Assembly (NCBI GenBank): GCA_021613535.1
Contig: CP075497.1
Location: 12,090,001-12,154,000 of the forward strand
Direction of reading: 5' to 3'
Length of the DNA: 64,000 nucleotides
Origin: Adineta vaga
Taxonomy: Eukaryota; Animalia; Rotifera
Shown here: one piece after another, positions 13,790 through 26,300 of the stretch
How positions within the stretch are numbered: position 1 is the stretch's first letter
Layout: every line of letters begins with the position of its first letter
Program-made: the position numbers and the translations under genes
Notes under the pieces: model-generated
Told to the model about the DNA's origin: nothing
The model's input: the letters and a program-made list of their open reading frames with translations, nothing else
The model's database searches: none

Positions 13790-14850
13790 TATTTTTCTTC
13801 TTTTTGGACAAGAATAAATTCACGTTTTTATAAGAGAGAAACATACACACACATTGGACTAGACAATTAGTGAGAAGACCAAAATACATGGAAATAATAA
13901 TGTACAGACACAAATTAATCGATGAAGAATTTTTTTCATATACGAAATCATCTAGAAGAAAAACACAAGAAAATGAAAATCATTAACGAGAAGAGAAAAG
14001 AGATGGTGGGTTTACTTAGGTGCTACAGCTGAATCTTGGCGGAACCAAGGTGATGACGTATTTCTTGAAGTGAGTTGTTGAAGGACTCGTTCTTCACGTT
14101 GACATCGTTTATGTAATACTAACGGATCTGATGGTGGTGTACATGTGAATCATTGAATATCATTAAATATAATATTAACACCACCACCACCTGATGGAAG
14201 AACATCACTCTAATCAATAGAACAAAATAACATCAGATCGACTTATATTTGTTGAATTTACTTTGAGAAAATCGGTCACAAATTCACCTTGTGTATCAAG
14301 ATTTTGATGTGTCAAAACATATTTTGTTGTTCGAACAATTTCATCTTTCTCGAGAATGATGAACATCTGCATGTGCATTATAATTCTGAAATACAATCAT
14401 GTCTATATGACGCAGCTAATTGAACAACATTATCTGTCTGAATATGACTGAATTCATAAAGAAACTAAAAGAGAAAGTGAAAACATGCTAATTAAATTCA
14501 ATCTTAGAGAAAAATCATTTACTTCTCTGATTTGTCTATTTTTGGTATTTCAAAAAAAAAGAAATTTTCTCTAAAAATAATTGTAAGAAAGATTTAATCA
14601 CCCACCTCAGATGAATAGAGAATCAATCCTGTTGAGCTAGAAACGTTAATACATGGTGATGAATTATCTGTTTGTTGTTGACCATTATTAGTATCTTTCG
14701 GTGGTCGTAATTGGTAAAATACCTTTTGAAAATATATATCAATCATTATAAATAAATGTAAAAAAGAAAATGAATGATGACTCACTTCGACACGACAACT
14801 ACCATCGTTGACTAGTAAATCACGTGAACCAAGCTATGTTCTCTTCATTT
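13790..14850 (-). pseudogene. Internally deleted KIF23 pseudogene (first exons fused to last exons and 3' UTR)
   Basis: Matches KIF23 exon 1-4 starts (LGSRDLL..., QLRPPKD..., QQQTDNSS) and the C-terminus ([32 protein letters not shown]). Has an in-frame stop; most of the motor and stalk is missing. Confidence 0.88.
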
Positions 14851-15673
14851 GAATGCATATGAATGTAAGAAATGAAAAGAAACAGAATGAACGAAAGAAC
14901 GAAAGACAGAATATACATGGATAGTCATAGAAGTGTTTTTTTGCATTAGTTGACAAGACCGAATAATAGAATACATCTATATGAATTCGTGATTTCTTAC
15001 AAATAGTTATGAATCATCCAGATTCGATCATATATACAAATCGACGAATTCAGTTGAAGGATATCTAAAAAAAGTATCATCTAAAATGTAACAAAGTACT
15101 GTAACAATTCTATACTAGTTCTTGAACGTATATCTATTGGATAATAATCATAATTGGAAACGATTTTTTGTTTTGACTAAAACTTTATAAATCGTTTCAT
15201 AATATTTTCTATTATATGTTTCCTGTGAACTGTTCATCCCTCAATCACATATAAAGAACAGCAGAATGCGAAAAAAAGTCAACACATCGAATACATGTCT
15301 GACTAAAGAACGAAAGAACTGTTAACATCGAACAAAGAGCTACTAACCTTTTGTCCCTTTCTATAAAGATTCATCTTTCGCACAAAACATTTACTTTTGC
15401 AATTAAAATTCATTATTTCTCAGCGAAATAAATACAAGGATAAAAGTAAGAAATCTTCTTTATTAAAGCACATAGCACTGTTCAACAAATCTGTTTCTTA
15501 AAAACATACTCATATAGCAATCTTTCAGTCTCAAGAATATCTACTCAGCAAAGAAATACAAAAAAATACTGTCATCATGCCCTACATTATGTAATGAAAT
15601 TTTTTAGTATGTATCGAAAATATAAACCTCAACAACGAAAAAAACTCCATCAAAGAAAAAGGCATTCAAACTG

Positions 15674-16285
15674 CCTAGGACAGACGTCCCGGCGTCCGGA
15701 TCCAAAAGGAAAATCATCGGAGAATGAAAGCAGTATTCCAGATCGGAAAATGCCTGGCGAAGGGATCCCATGGCTTCCGACCAAAAACCATCTCCTTGTT
15801 TCCAAACGGATCCCATCATAACCATCATACTCCTAAAAAATAAATCCAAGCTAAAGTGAGCATGTCTTAAAATATTTTGATCAAGTTTCTATGCAGATGA
15901 AAAATTCGATTTTAATCCGCTCAAAAATCTGTAATAGAATGCCGTGTTTTTATGTGCGGATTCGGAGAGCAAGGATGTAGATGGAGTTGAAGATTTCTTT
16001 GTATGAATTATCGTGCTGTTGTCAAAGAAAAAAGGGTGGGAATAGTGCGGAAAACTGACATTACCATTGGTTGAAAAATGTAGTTAGGATCCGCTGGTTT
16101 CCGAATTTTCGGTCACAAAGGGAACTTGTAGGTTTCTATGCCGGATTGTTCCGCTGTTTTCTGTGAGAATATGATGAGAAACGAACGGATTTCGTCCGAT
16201 GAATTTCAATCTGGAATATTGCTTCCATGAAATCATTGGAAGGTTTTGGATCCGGTCGGTTCCGGGCCGGATTGTTCGACCTGGG
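15674..16285. mobile_element. Non-autonomous CMC/EnSpm-like DNA element with imperfect TIRs
   Basis: Left CCTAGG...CCGGATCCAAAA...AGCAGTATTCCAGAT is inverse to right ATCTGGAATATTGCT...TTTTGGATCCGG...GACCTGGG. TG flanks both sides (2-bp TSD). Confidence 0.65.
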
Positions 16286-16441
16286 TGACCAGCCAAAAGA
16301 GACATCAACAGCACCAACAACAAATAACATACCAACTACTGAACGCATGGTCTCTACAAACGAAACCTCAAAGTAAGCACGTGCTAACAAAACTCAACCG
16401 GAAAACTTTCCTAACTGACTGTGCATCGAGCTGTCCTTATG

Positions 16442-17673
16442 TTAAAGAAGAAATCTTCTTAAAAAATGAATCCTGTAATCACCCTTAAAAACCTAAAATA
16501 AACAATATCATTTCCTTTTTTTACACAAAAACTCAAGTTATTTCTTGCCAATTTGATAACATCAGCTAGAGAAAGAGCAAAAATTTTCCTTTTTCGGATA
16601 AAAAGGTTTGCGAACCTGGTAAAGTTTTACATTATTGTTATAGGTGCCTTCGTAGTATTTCTCTCATTCTTCTTTTCCCTCGATCAGATATCTTTCTTTC
16701 TTCATGATGATTTCTATACGATCACATATCTTCATCTCACTGTATCATGTCTAAACCCTCGATTCGTTCGATCATATATATGCGTTCGTGTTCTCTTCTA
16801 TAGTCGGTCTGATGTGGTGTGTATTTATCACCATCAAATAAACCCCTAACAATTATGAACACATTCGAATCTATTTATAGCGGTAAGAAATAATTGGAAT
16901 GAGAGTATTGACCTTAAAAGCTGAGATGGGATAGTTTCTGTCTTTTTGGTTAAAATTGTTTTCAACTCACCATGAAAGAAATTAGCTCTGGGGAAGTCCA
17001 GTGGATTCGATTTTTTCAACTTGAACTCGTACATGTCGTGAAAGTTGTAACCTAAAATGAAAGGAAAGTTTAGTTTCTTACGCATTTTTTTATCGATTTT
17101 TAGGGATGAAGATAACAAGTATACATGGTTGGTGGTTTTCCTCATGCTGTTTGGTTTTCTAGTCTTTTTGGACCATTTATATTCCTTTCCAATAAATTGT
17201 GTTCAGGATTTAAAAATGGAAATGATGCCAATGCTATATTCCATGTTCACCATCGCATCGGCGTGGATGGTCTGCCTAGTGTATGGAAAACCATACAATC
17301 CTGGATTTGAACGCGTTTAACGTTCGTGTCTAGTAAAGTCTATACGTTTCGATACCACTTTAATTGTTCATTTCTTACTTTGATTTTAATGTGTCTTTTT
17401 TTTGCCTTTGTTGTTTGATTGAATTTTCATGCTCATATATTTCTTTCGTTTTTCGAAGTTCTTTCTTCGCTCTTTGAAGTTTTTTTGATAGGTTTACTCG
17501 CCGATTACTTGTTGGCATTCTAAAATAAATTTGTCGCTTGTTAGACAAAAGAAAAGTGATCATCTTTGTTATTTTATGCTCAATGTAGGGAATATTTTGT
17601 CCATTGAATACATTTTTGTATATGATTTTTAATAGCAAGTTGTACTTGCCGTATCAAAAGATTTCTTTTTTTA
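16442..17673. mobile_element. Possible degenerate TTAA-type (Kolobok-like) DNA transposon with decayed ORF fragments
   Basis: TTAAAGAAGAAATCTT at 16442 is roughly inverse to AAGATTTCTTTTTTTAG at 17658. Minus-strand ORF pieces (16846-17145, 17375-17520) are broken by stops. Confidence 0.3.
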
Positions 17674-17845
17674 GGGGAAGAGCACTTACTTTTTTGGCTA
17701 ATAGTATAGTTAAGAAAGGTAAAAGATAAAGTGAAAAGGAAAATACTTTATTGAAGAGCGCTAGTTTAAACAATGGACATTCAATCAATAACGTCTTTAT
17801 TCATTGTTCGTATCTCTTGTGTTCTATATTCATTCATCGAGACAA

Positions 17846-17940
17846 CACTGAAAAACATCGTCGTCGATTGATAAACGCTCCAGAAACGTTTTTTATGCTT
17901 ATCAACCCTTTGATATACGTTTTTTGAATTAATCAGAACA
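17846..17940 (+). mobile_element. CACTG-terminated CACTA/EnSpm-type end (inverted partner at 29177-29270)
   Basis: CACTGAAAAACATCGTCGTCGATTGATAAACGCTCC... is the reverse complement of 29177-29270, with about 11 mismatches in ~94 bp by eye. Confidence 0.7.
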
Positions 17941-18329
17941 AGTATAACGCTCATCCGTAGGATTCGCTGACCCCTCTCTGAAAGAACTATAATGATGATT
18001 AACGCATCTATATTCTTTAAAAAACTCTCTTAATGAGAAGAAACACTCGTCAAAATTTCTTTTCTTGATTTTATGTTTTGATTTTGTTCAGCATCATTGA
18101 AAACCTCGAGATCCAAATTTTAGCGCATCTGGTTGAACGAATAAAAAATACATCAATTTTACTGACAAAGACTCCAGAAACTATTTTGAGATTGCTCAAA
18201 AAATATAGCTAAAAAGAACGCTCATAAAAATTGCAGCTTCTGACGGAATCCGATAGGATTTTGTCGACCTGAGAAGAGCTTTATGAAATAATTCGTTTAA
18301 TGCACTAAAAGATACAGTATCGAAAACTG

Positions 18330-21170
18330 AACAAAATCCTCTACTTAGATATTCTTTCTGTGGACCGATCGGTACTAGTCGAACATTAAAAATACGTAAA
18401 TTTGATAAATATAATGATATTAATTGTTTTTATCTATCCTCTGAAAGAAGAAAAGGAGTGATCCAAAACCTTTTTGGGTTCTACAACATCTCCAGAACCA
18501 GAAAAAGTTCTGTATGACATATGAGAAACCAAGAAAGGTTCTGGGCAACAATTCTGAACTACAAAGGGTTTTGTCCGACAATTCTAAACTATGACGAGTT
18601 CTGTCAGTCATCCCTTAAACTACAGAAGGTTTAGTTATTTTTCTATTGAACCTTGAAAACTCCTTCGTGAGACGAAACTGAATCCAGTTGGTTCGGTAAT
18701 ACAGCTGCAGAACTTTGAAAAGTTCTGTGTACCAATCCGAAACCATGTAAGCTTATGAACAGGCTTGTAAGAAACCGAAATGGTTCTGCCTATTAAATCC
18801 CGAACCCTAAAAAGTTCTGTTTTATTTATTTTGAACCAAAAGGGTTCTGCCCAAAAATACTCAGTTTGAAAGTGTTCGATCTCATAATATTGAATCATAG
18901 AGATTTTTTCCTTCGACGTTACTAAATGTAAAGTTTCTTCTCTAAAATCCGCAATCTGATATAGCTGCCCCAGTGAATGTTGGAGTATCGTAAGTTTCCT
19001 CAACTGAAGAAGAGAGTCACACTCAAAAAATGTATATACGTTCGTTTGTTCATGCAAATCAACAACAATTTAACAACTTTCTTTTCTCTTTTGAGTTTTG
19101 TCATAACAAAAAACGGGAATTCTTTGGCCATTTCAAGTTGTCAATAACGATCTTAGGTATGAACTGAACAACTTAATGTTTTGCATCGACGATGGTGGGA
19201 GTCCACTATCAGTATATGATTATTCCAAGCAATTTTTCAGTCATCCAAATCTGAGGGAGGTTTTTCTCTTATTATTTACATGTAACAAAATCATGTTCAG
19301 GCCAGTTACAAGTTAACAGAGAACGACTCTAATATAGCTCAAACTAACTTATATGTTATGTCAACAATAGAGGGTAGGAGTTGATCAGCTCAAGTCCATG
19401 AACTCTGATGAAATGAACTAAAGAATTATTCAAAAGTTTATCATTTCACCGAGCTCAATCTTTTAAAAATATTCTTTACAAATAAAATGATCTTTTTCAG
19501 CGGTTCCTCTATTCGATTATGTAGAGATATCACGCAGTCATCAACTGATAGTATGTAGGGGTATTTGTATACCCTTGAGCATAGCAGACAGGGACAGGCT
19601 GAGGATTTTATAATACTCGAAAACTTAACTTCAAAGCATGGGTCCCGCATGAAACTTATGAAAGATGATAAGTGACCCAAATGGTGACTTTTTACCAAAA
19701 ACATTTTGTGATTGAAGTTTGCGAAAAAAAATTCTTTTAATTGCTACACCCAACTTTTGTTTTTGGTTTAAGCAGTACTCAGATTCTTAGAATGTTATCG
19801 GAATCTACATCGAATTTCATCCACAGATTTCAAGTCTTTCAGAAGCTATCAAGAGATATATTCAATACGACTTGTTCAATCCCTCTTTCTATTCGGACAG
19901 CTTTCGAAACTAAATATCAGTCCCTGATAGCGGCAGATATTGAGAAGGTCATAGCTTTTAGCGAGAATGTTTATGTTATTATATTTAAAATGAAAAACTA
20001 AATATTGTGTTATCATTTAGGTTCATAGCCATATCTGATTAAAGTTGAGTGACATTTTGAATTTTAGATTAAATATTTTCTATTGTCATTTAGATTCAGA
20101 TCGAAAGTCTAACGAAATGTGAGTTTTATTTTATATAGAAAACTAAATATTTTCTTCTTTTACATTTAGACCGATCTATATTGCAGAGAAATGGTAAGTG
20201 CGATATTAGAAACAAAATAGTAGAATGATTTTCTTTTTATATCTAGGTTGATTTGTAAACGTATTCAAGTACTGCAAGTGCGTCTGTTTATATTACAAGG
20301 TCAAAAACAGACTGAGAAAGTGAATTAGGTTAGGGCTGAATTGAGCCAATCGGCAGCAAGCAAAAAGCGTGATTCGACTGTAGCTTAATTCACTTTTTCG
20401 GTCTATTTGAGAGCTTAACATAAACAGACGCACTTGCAACACTGGAATATGTGTACAAATCAACCTAGATATAAAGAGAAAATAATTTTCTGAAAAACCA
20501 TTTAACACACCTTTTATATCAGACTGAACCTTATTTTTGTATAGAATAATGAAGAGTTCTGTTAGGTTTTAACAGAACCCTCAATGAGCCAGAAGCTTTT
20601 TGTGGGTTCTCAATTTTACCAGTGGGCCGAACCTCCAAAAAGGTTCTGGAAAACTCTTTTATTATTTTCAGAGTTGGCTTTTATACATCTAATATCTGAT
20701 GTGATGAATAAAATTTCAATAGAAGGAAAATGATTGATAAAAGATTGCTCAAAAATATCAACTGCTTCGGATTTGAATTTAAAAGATGCATATGTCAAAT
20801 TAATCAACATCATGCCATATAAATTTGGTTGTGTAGGACCATATTGACGTAATAAATTTGCTGATAAATAACGAAATTATGGAGCACACGATAACAAACA
20901 AATCAATTGATTACAATATATTGAATTATCAACGAGTTAATATTCCATTGAGCTATATGAGAAAGTCATAATGTATTGTGTACATTTCGGAAAGTATAGA
21001 GGCAATTGATCTCAAATTGTGTCGAAGGAAAATAATATGAAAGTGTTCCACAATAGATTTTTAATGTTGAGAGAATCTGAAATAAAACATAGTCTCTCCT
21101 AATATTAATGTAACATACGATCAAACGAGAATTAAATAAATGAATAGACAAAATTATTCTATAGAAGAAT
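18330..21170 (-). pseudogene. Decayed member of an F-box-associated, Leu-rich protein family, split by a CACTA-like insertion
   Basis: Fragments NQLICLLSCAP*FRYLS and FPSIEILFITSDIRCIKAN (right of the insertion) join R*KQLISLYLSNLRIFNVR (left of it). Multiple stops. Family assignment is from motif recall only. Confidence 0.55.
18438..20673. mobile_element. Degenerate CACTA/EnSpm-like element with GAACC/GGTTC subterminal repeats
   Basis: Left CTCTGAAAGAAGAAAAGGAGTGATCCAAAACCTTTTTGGGTTC is inverse to right GAACCTCCAAAAGGTTCTGGAAAACTCTTTTATTATTTTCAGAG. Dense GAACC...GGTTC repeats at 18470-18850 and 20520-20650. Removing the element rejoins a reading frame. Confidence 0.65.
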
Positions 21171-21549
21171 AAAATAATAGGGATCTATCGAAAGACGATA
21201 ATGAAAAGGATATATCACATGATGCTTTAAACAAATATTACCTTCAAAGACAATGATCAAAAAAGATTGGAACACTTATGATAATTAAATGAAAATAGAG
21301 TTGCTCTAATAAATTACTGCTTGTCTATAAATAAGAAACAAAATGAGTAGAAATATAGATGAGATTTACGGAATATTCATTTTTAATTTTGTTCTCATTT
21401 CGTAAGTCTAAATATGGAAGTTTTTTTTATCTCTTTTGCCATGAAAGTAGAAAAGAAAAACTTCTTCTACGCAAGACATTAACACTATTATTTGTTTTCA
21501 TTAGAATTTAAAACATTGAAAAAAGAACGAACAATCATATACTCTATAA

Positions 21550-22370
21550 TTTTGGTCAAAATGTATGTTTTCTAATGGAAGAGAAAGCTTTTATCTGGAA
21601 ACATCAAGTATTAAAAAATAAAGAAAAAGAGTTTATTGAATTTTTTGTATGGATTCAATAGTTATTTACCTAATTATGACAATGGATAATATCCGTTTAC
21701 AATCGATTATTTTAAAATTTACAAGCTCGTCTTTGAATGACGTTGGATAATGTCTTCGTTTTTATCTTGGTTATGATGCAACACTCGTTTGAATTCTCAT
21801 TGTTTGGATGCTGTGAAATTGTTCAAAGGTTATAGGTAACTATTATACAAATTCAATATTTTTTACAAATATATTTAGAGCATTGCAATCAAAATTGATT
21901 AAATCAAACCAAACAAAGTTTATTATTAATTTTTTTATCTCTTTTCGACTAATGTTAGATATTATTGGTTAATTCATGTCAGATATAATCCTATCTTTGT
22001 TAAAATACCAATATTATATGAAAGAAAATTTCCATTTAGTGTAAATATGACAATTATATACTTCATCAATATATTCGTAGTCAAAAAGTCAGTGATCAAT
22101 ATGCCATTGGTTCAATGAAACAAATGTCATGATACATGCGTCGATGGTATATTTTAGAACAATGTTCATCACCATCGATGAATTCAGTAAGGCAGTTCAC
22201 ATTGATTTCTCAAATAAACAAAATCGTCATATTAGATAAAGAAACTATTTTGGATGTACATTCAACAACTAAATGTTCATTATCATGTGTAATTATTTGA
22301 ATGCACAGCATGAAAAACTTCGATAGATCTATAGTATCGTCAGTTTCATCGACACCGATGATGAATATAT
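21550..22370 (+). pseudogene. Possible decayed coding remnants, unidentified
   Basis: Host-like codon usage in stop-interrupted stretches (e.g. WYILEQCSSPSMNSVRQFTLISQINKIVILDKETILDVH) and a GTAACT donor near 21836. No recognisable family. Confidence 0.25.
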
Positions 22371-23345
22371 TCAAAAAGAAATATGTGTAAACTCAAGACA
22401 GAACGACTTTACCACTCTCGAATTAATCATACACTTGTAATTCTCAGAATGATAATGAATAGGAAGGGACTATAAGTGCGGGCCACTATGTAAACATGAA
22501 ACACTCTTTGTGTTTACAAATGCATTTCGCCGTCTTTCATTGAAGCTCGAATATATCGGAAGTTCCATCCAGATGCGATTTATATCCTAAATTGTGTCTC
22601 TAAACATTAGTTAGTTGAGACTGAGATACACTCTTTTCTCTAAAACTTTCTTTTCATCTTGAAAGATGTACGAATAAAAAACATCTTTCTATCATTAGAC
22701 ATCAAACGTCAAATCAAAGAAGCAACTAAATAAAGTTGTCAAACTCGTCATCCACTTTATCTTGACCTCAACCCCAACTCTCTAACGTTACAAATATAGT
22801 AACGATTTGTGAGGCACTCAGACTTTAAACTAAACTCTCTATTATGAGAAATATTCAAAATAAAGTTCGGAAGAATATTTTGCTACGTTTTCATGCACAA
22901 CAGAATGTTTAAGAAATAATTTTCCAGTCGTTCCTAATAGATCAGCGATGGGAATAAGTGCAGTGGACCCATCAAAAGGCTCATAAGACGCATCGACGGT
23001 CGTCCTTCTTCTTCATAACCTTTCCACTATTGAAACATTTTCAGAAGACATTATATTAAGAGTAGACAGTTTCACAAAATATCATATGATACCCATCAAA
23101 CTTCAGTTAATAAATTATAGTGCATTTCTAACACGGGATTTCGCTATCTCGGACAAACACAAATCAACAACTTAGATGATAAACACATCTCTCACGGTCG
23201 CAAATCAAGAGCTTAAAACAAAACACGTTATTGTACGATAAATATGACTTCGAAGCAAACTGTGTATTTATTTGTCACCATATCGGTTTCCTCTGCAAAA
23301 TTCTCCAGAAAAGAGCACTAAAACACAATGTCCCTCGAGTCCAGA

Positions 23346-26300
23346 CTACAACAACAACCTATTTTCAAAAGTATTTCGGAGATACTTTCTTCCTTCGTCG
23401 CCGATTTGATTGCCCCTGAGATCTAGTGTGGTGAGTGTCTATAGACGAGAGAGAGCATGGATGTGTCAATTAGTACAAGAGCGAATGAATATTACCGTGT
23501 TTATTCGCAAGGCATCACCAATATGTTGTGCTCCTTGATGGCCGATTTGATTGTACTCGAGATTTAGTGTGGTGAGTGTCTATAGACGAGAGAGAGCATG
23601 GATGTGTCAATTAGGACAAGAGCGAATGAATATTACCGTGTTTATTCGCAAGGCATCACCAATATGTTGTGCTCCTTGATGGCCGATTTGATTGTACCCG
23701 AGATTTAGTGTGGTGAGTGTCTATAGACGAGAGAGAGTATGGATGTGTCAATTAGGACAAGAGCGAATGAGTATTACCGTGTTTATTCGCAAGGCATCAC
23801 CAATATGTTGTGCTCCTTGATCACCGATTTGATTGTACCGGAGATTTAGTGTGGTGAGTGTCTATAGACGAGAGAGAGCATGGATGTGTCAATTAGGACA
23901 AGAGCGAATGAATATTACCGTGTTTATTCGCAAGGCATCACCAATATGTTGTGCTCCTTGATGGCCGATTTGATTGTCCTCGAGATTTAGTGTGGTGAGT
24001 GTCTATAGAGGAGAGAGAGCATGGATGTGTCAATTAGGACAAGAGCGAATGAGTATTACCGTGTTTATTCGCAAGGCATCACCAATATGTTGTGCTCCTT
24101 GATCACCGATTTGATTGTCCCAGAGATTTAGTGTGGTGAGTGTCTATAGACGAGAGAGAGTATGGATGTGTCAATTAGGACAAGAGCGAATGAATATTAC
24201 TGTGTTTATTCGCAAGGCATCACCAATATGTTGTGCTCCTTCGTGGCCGATATGATTGTTCTCGAGATTTAGTGTGGTGAGTGTCTGTAGAGGAAGGAGA
24301 GCATGGGTGGGTCAATTACGACAAGACTGAATGAGTATTACCGTGTTTACTTGCAAGGCATCACCAATATGTTGTGCTCCTTGATCACCGATTTGATTGT
24401 CCCAGAGATTTAGTGTGCTGAGTGTCTATAGACGAGACAAATAGCATGGATGTGTCAATCAGGACAAGAGCGAATGAATATTACTGTGTTTATTCGCAAG
24501 GCATCACCAATATGTTGTGCTCCTTGATGGCCGATTTGATTGTCCCAGAGATTTAGTGTGATGAGTGTCTATAGAAGAGAGAGAGCATGGATGTGTCCAT
24601 TAGGACAAGAGCGAATGAATAGTACTGTGTTTATTCGCAAGGCTTCACCAATATGTTGTGCTCCTTCATGCCCGATTCGATTGTACTCGAGACTTAGTGT
24701 GGTGAGTGTCTGTAGAGGAAGGAGAGCATGGGTGGGTCAATTAGGACAAGACTGAATGAGTATTACCGTGTTTACTTGCAAGGCATCACCAATATGTTGT
24801 GCTCCTTGATCACCGATTTGATTGTCCCAGAGATTTAGTGTGGTGAGTGTCTATAGACGAGACAAATAGCATGGATGTGTCAATCAGGACAAGAGCGAAT
24901 GAATATTACTGTGTTTATTCGCAAGGCATCACCAATATGTTGTGCTCCTTCGTGGCCGATATGATTGCGCCCGATATCTAGCATAGTGAGTGTCTATAGA
25001 CGAGAGAGAGAGTGGATGTGTCCATTAGGACAAGAGCGAATGAATATTACTGTGTTTATTCGCAAGGCATCACCAATATGTTGTGCTCCTTGATCACCGA
25101 TTTGATTGCTCTGGAGATTTAGTGTGGTGAGTGTCTATAGACGAGAGAGAGCATGGATGTGTCAATTAGGACAAGAGCGAATGAATATTACTGTGTTTAT
25201 TCGCAAGGCATCACCAATATGTTGTGCTCCTTGATCACCGATTTGATTGTTCCGGAGATTTAGTGTGGTGAGTGTCTATAGACGAGAGAGAGCATGGATG
25301 TGTCAATTAGGACAAGAGCGAATGAATATTACCGTGTTTGTTCGCAAGGCATCACCAATATGTTGTGCTCCTTGTTCCCCGATTTGATTCAACCGGAGGT
25401 TTAGTGTGGTGAGTGTCTATAGACGAGAGAGATAGCATAAATGTATCAACTAGGTGAAGAGCGAATGAATATTACCGTGTTTGTTCGCAAGGCATCACCA
25501 ATATGTTGTGCTCCTCGTTCCCCGATTTGAGTGTTCCACAGATCAAGTGTGGTGAGTGTCTATAGACGAGAGAGAGAGTATGGATGTGTCAATTAGGACA
25601 AGAGCGAATGAATATTACTGTGTTTATTCGCAAGGCATCATCAATATGTTGTGCTCCTTGATCACCGATATGATTGTTCTCGAGATTTAGTGTGCTGAGT
25701 GTCTATAGACGAGAGAGAGTATGGATGTGTCAATTAGGACAAGAGCGAATGAATATTACTGTGTTTATTCGCAAGGCATCACTAATATGTTGTGCTCCTT
25801 GATCACCGATTTGATTGTCCCAGAGATTTAGTGTGGTGAGTGTCTATAGACGAGACAAATAGCATGGATGTGTCAATCAGGACAAGAGCGAATGAATATT
25901 ACTGTGTTTATTCGCAAGGCATCACTGATATGTTGTGCTCCTTGATGGCCGATTTGATTGTCCCAGAGGTTTAGTGTGGTGAGTGTCTATAGACGAGACA
26001 AATAGCATGGATGTGTCAATCAGGACAAGAGCGAATGAATATTACTGTGTTTATTCGCAAGGCATCACCAATATGTTGTGCTGCTTGATCACCGATTTGA
26101 TTGTGCCCAAGATTTAGTGTGGTGAGTGTCTATAGACGAGAGAGAGAGTATGGATGTGTCAATTAGGACAAGAGCGAATGAATATTACTGTGTTTATTCG
26201 CAAGGCATCACCAATATGTTGTGCTCCTTGATCACCGATATGATTGTTCTCGAGATTTAGTGTGGTGAGTGTCTGTAGAGGAAGGAGAGCATGGATGTGT

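Noticed and set aside
15594-16488. Overlapping short ORFs
   Set aside because: By-products of a GC-richer MITE; no protein motifs.
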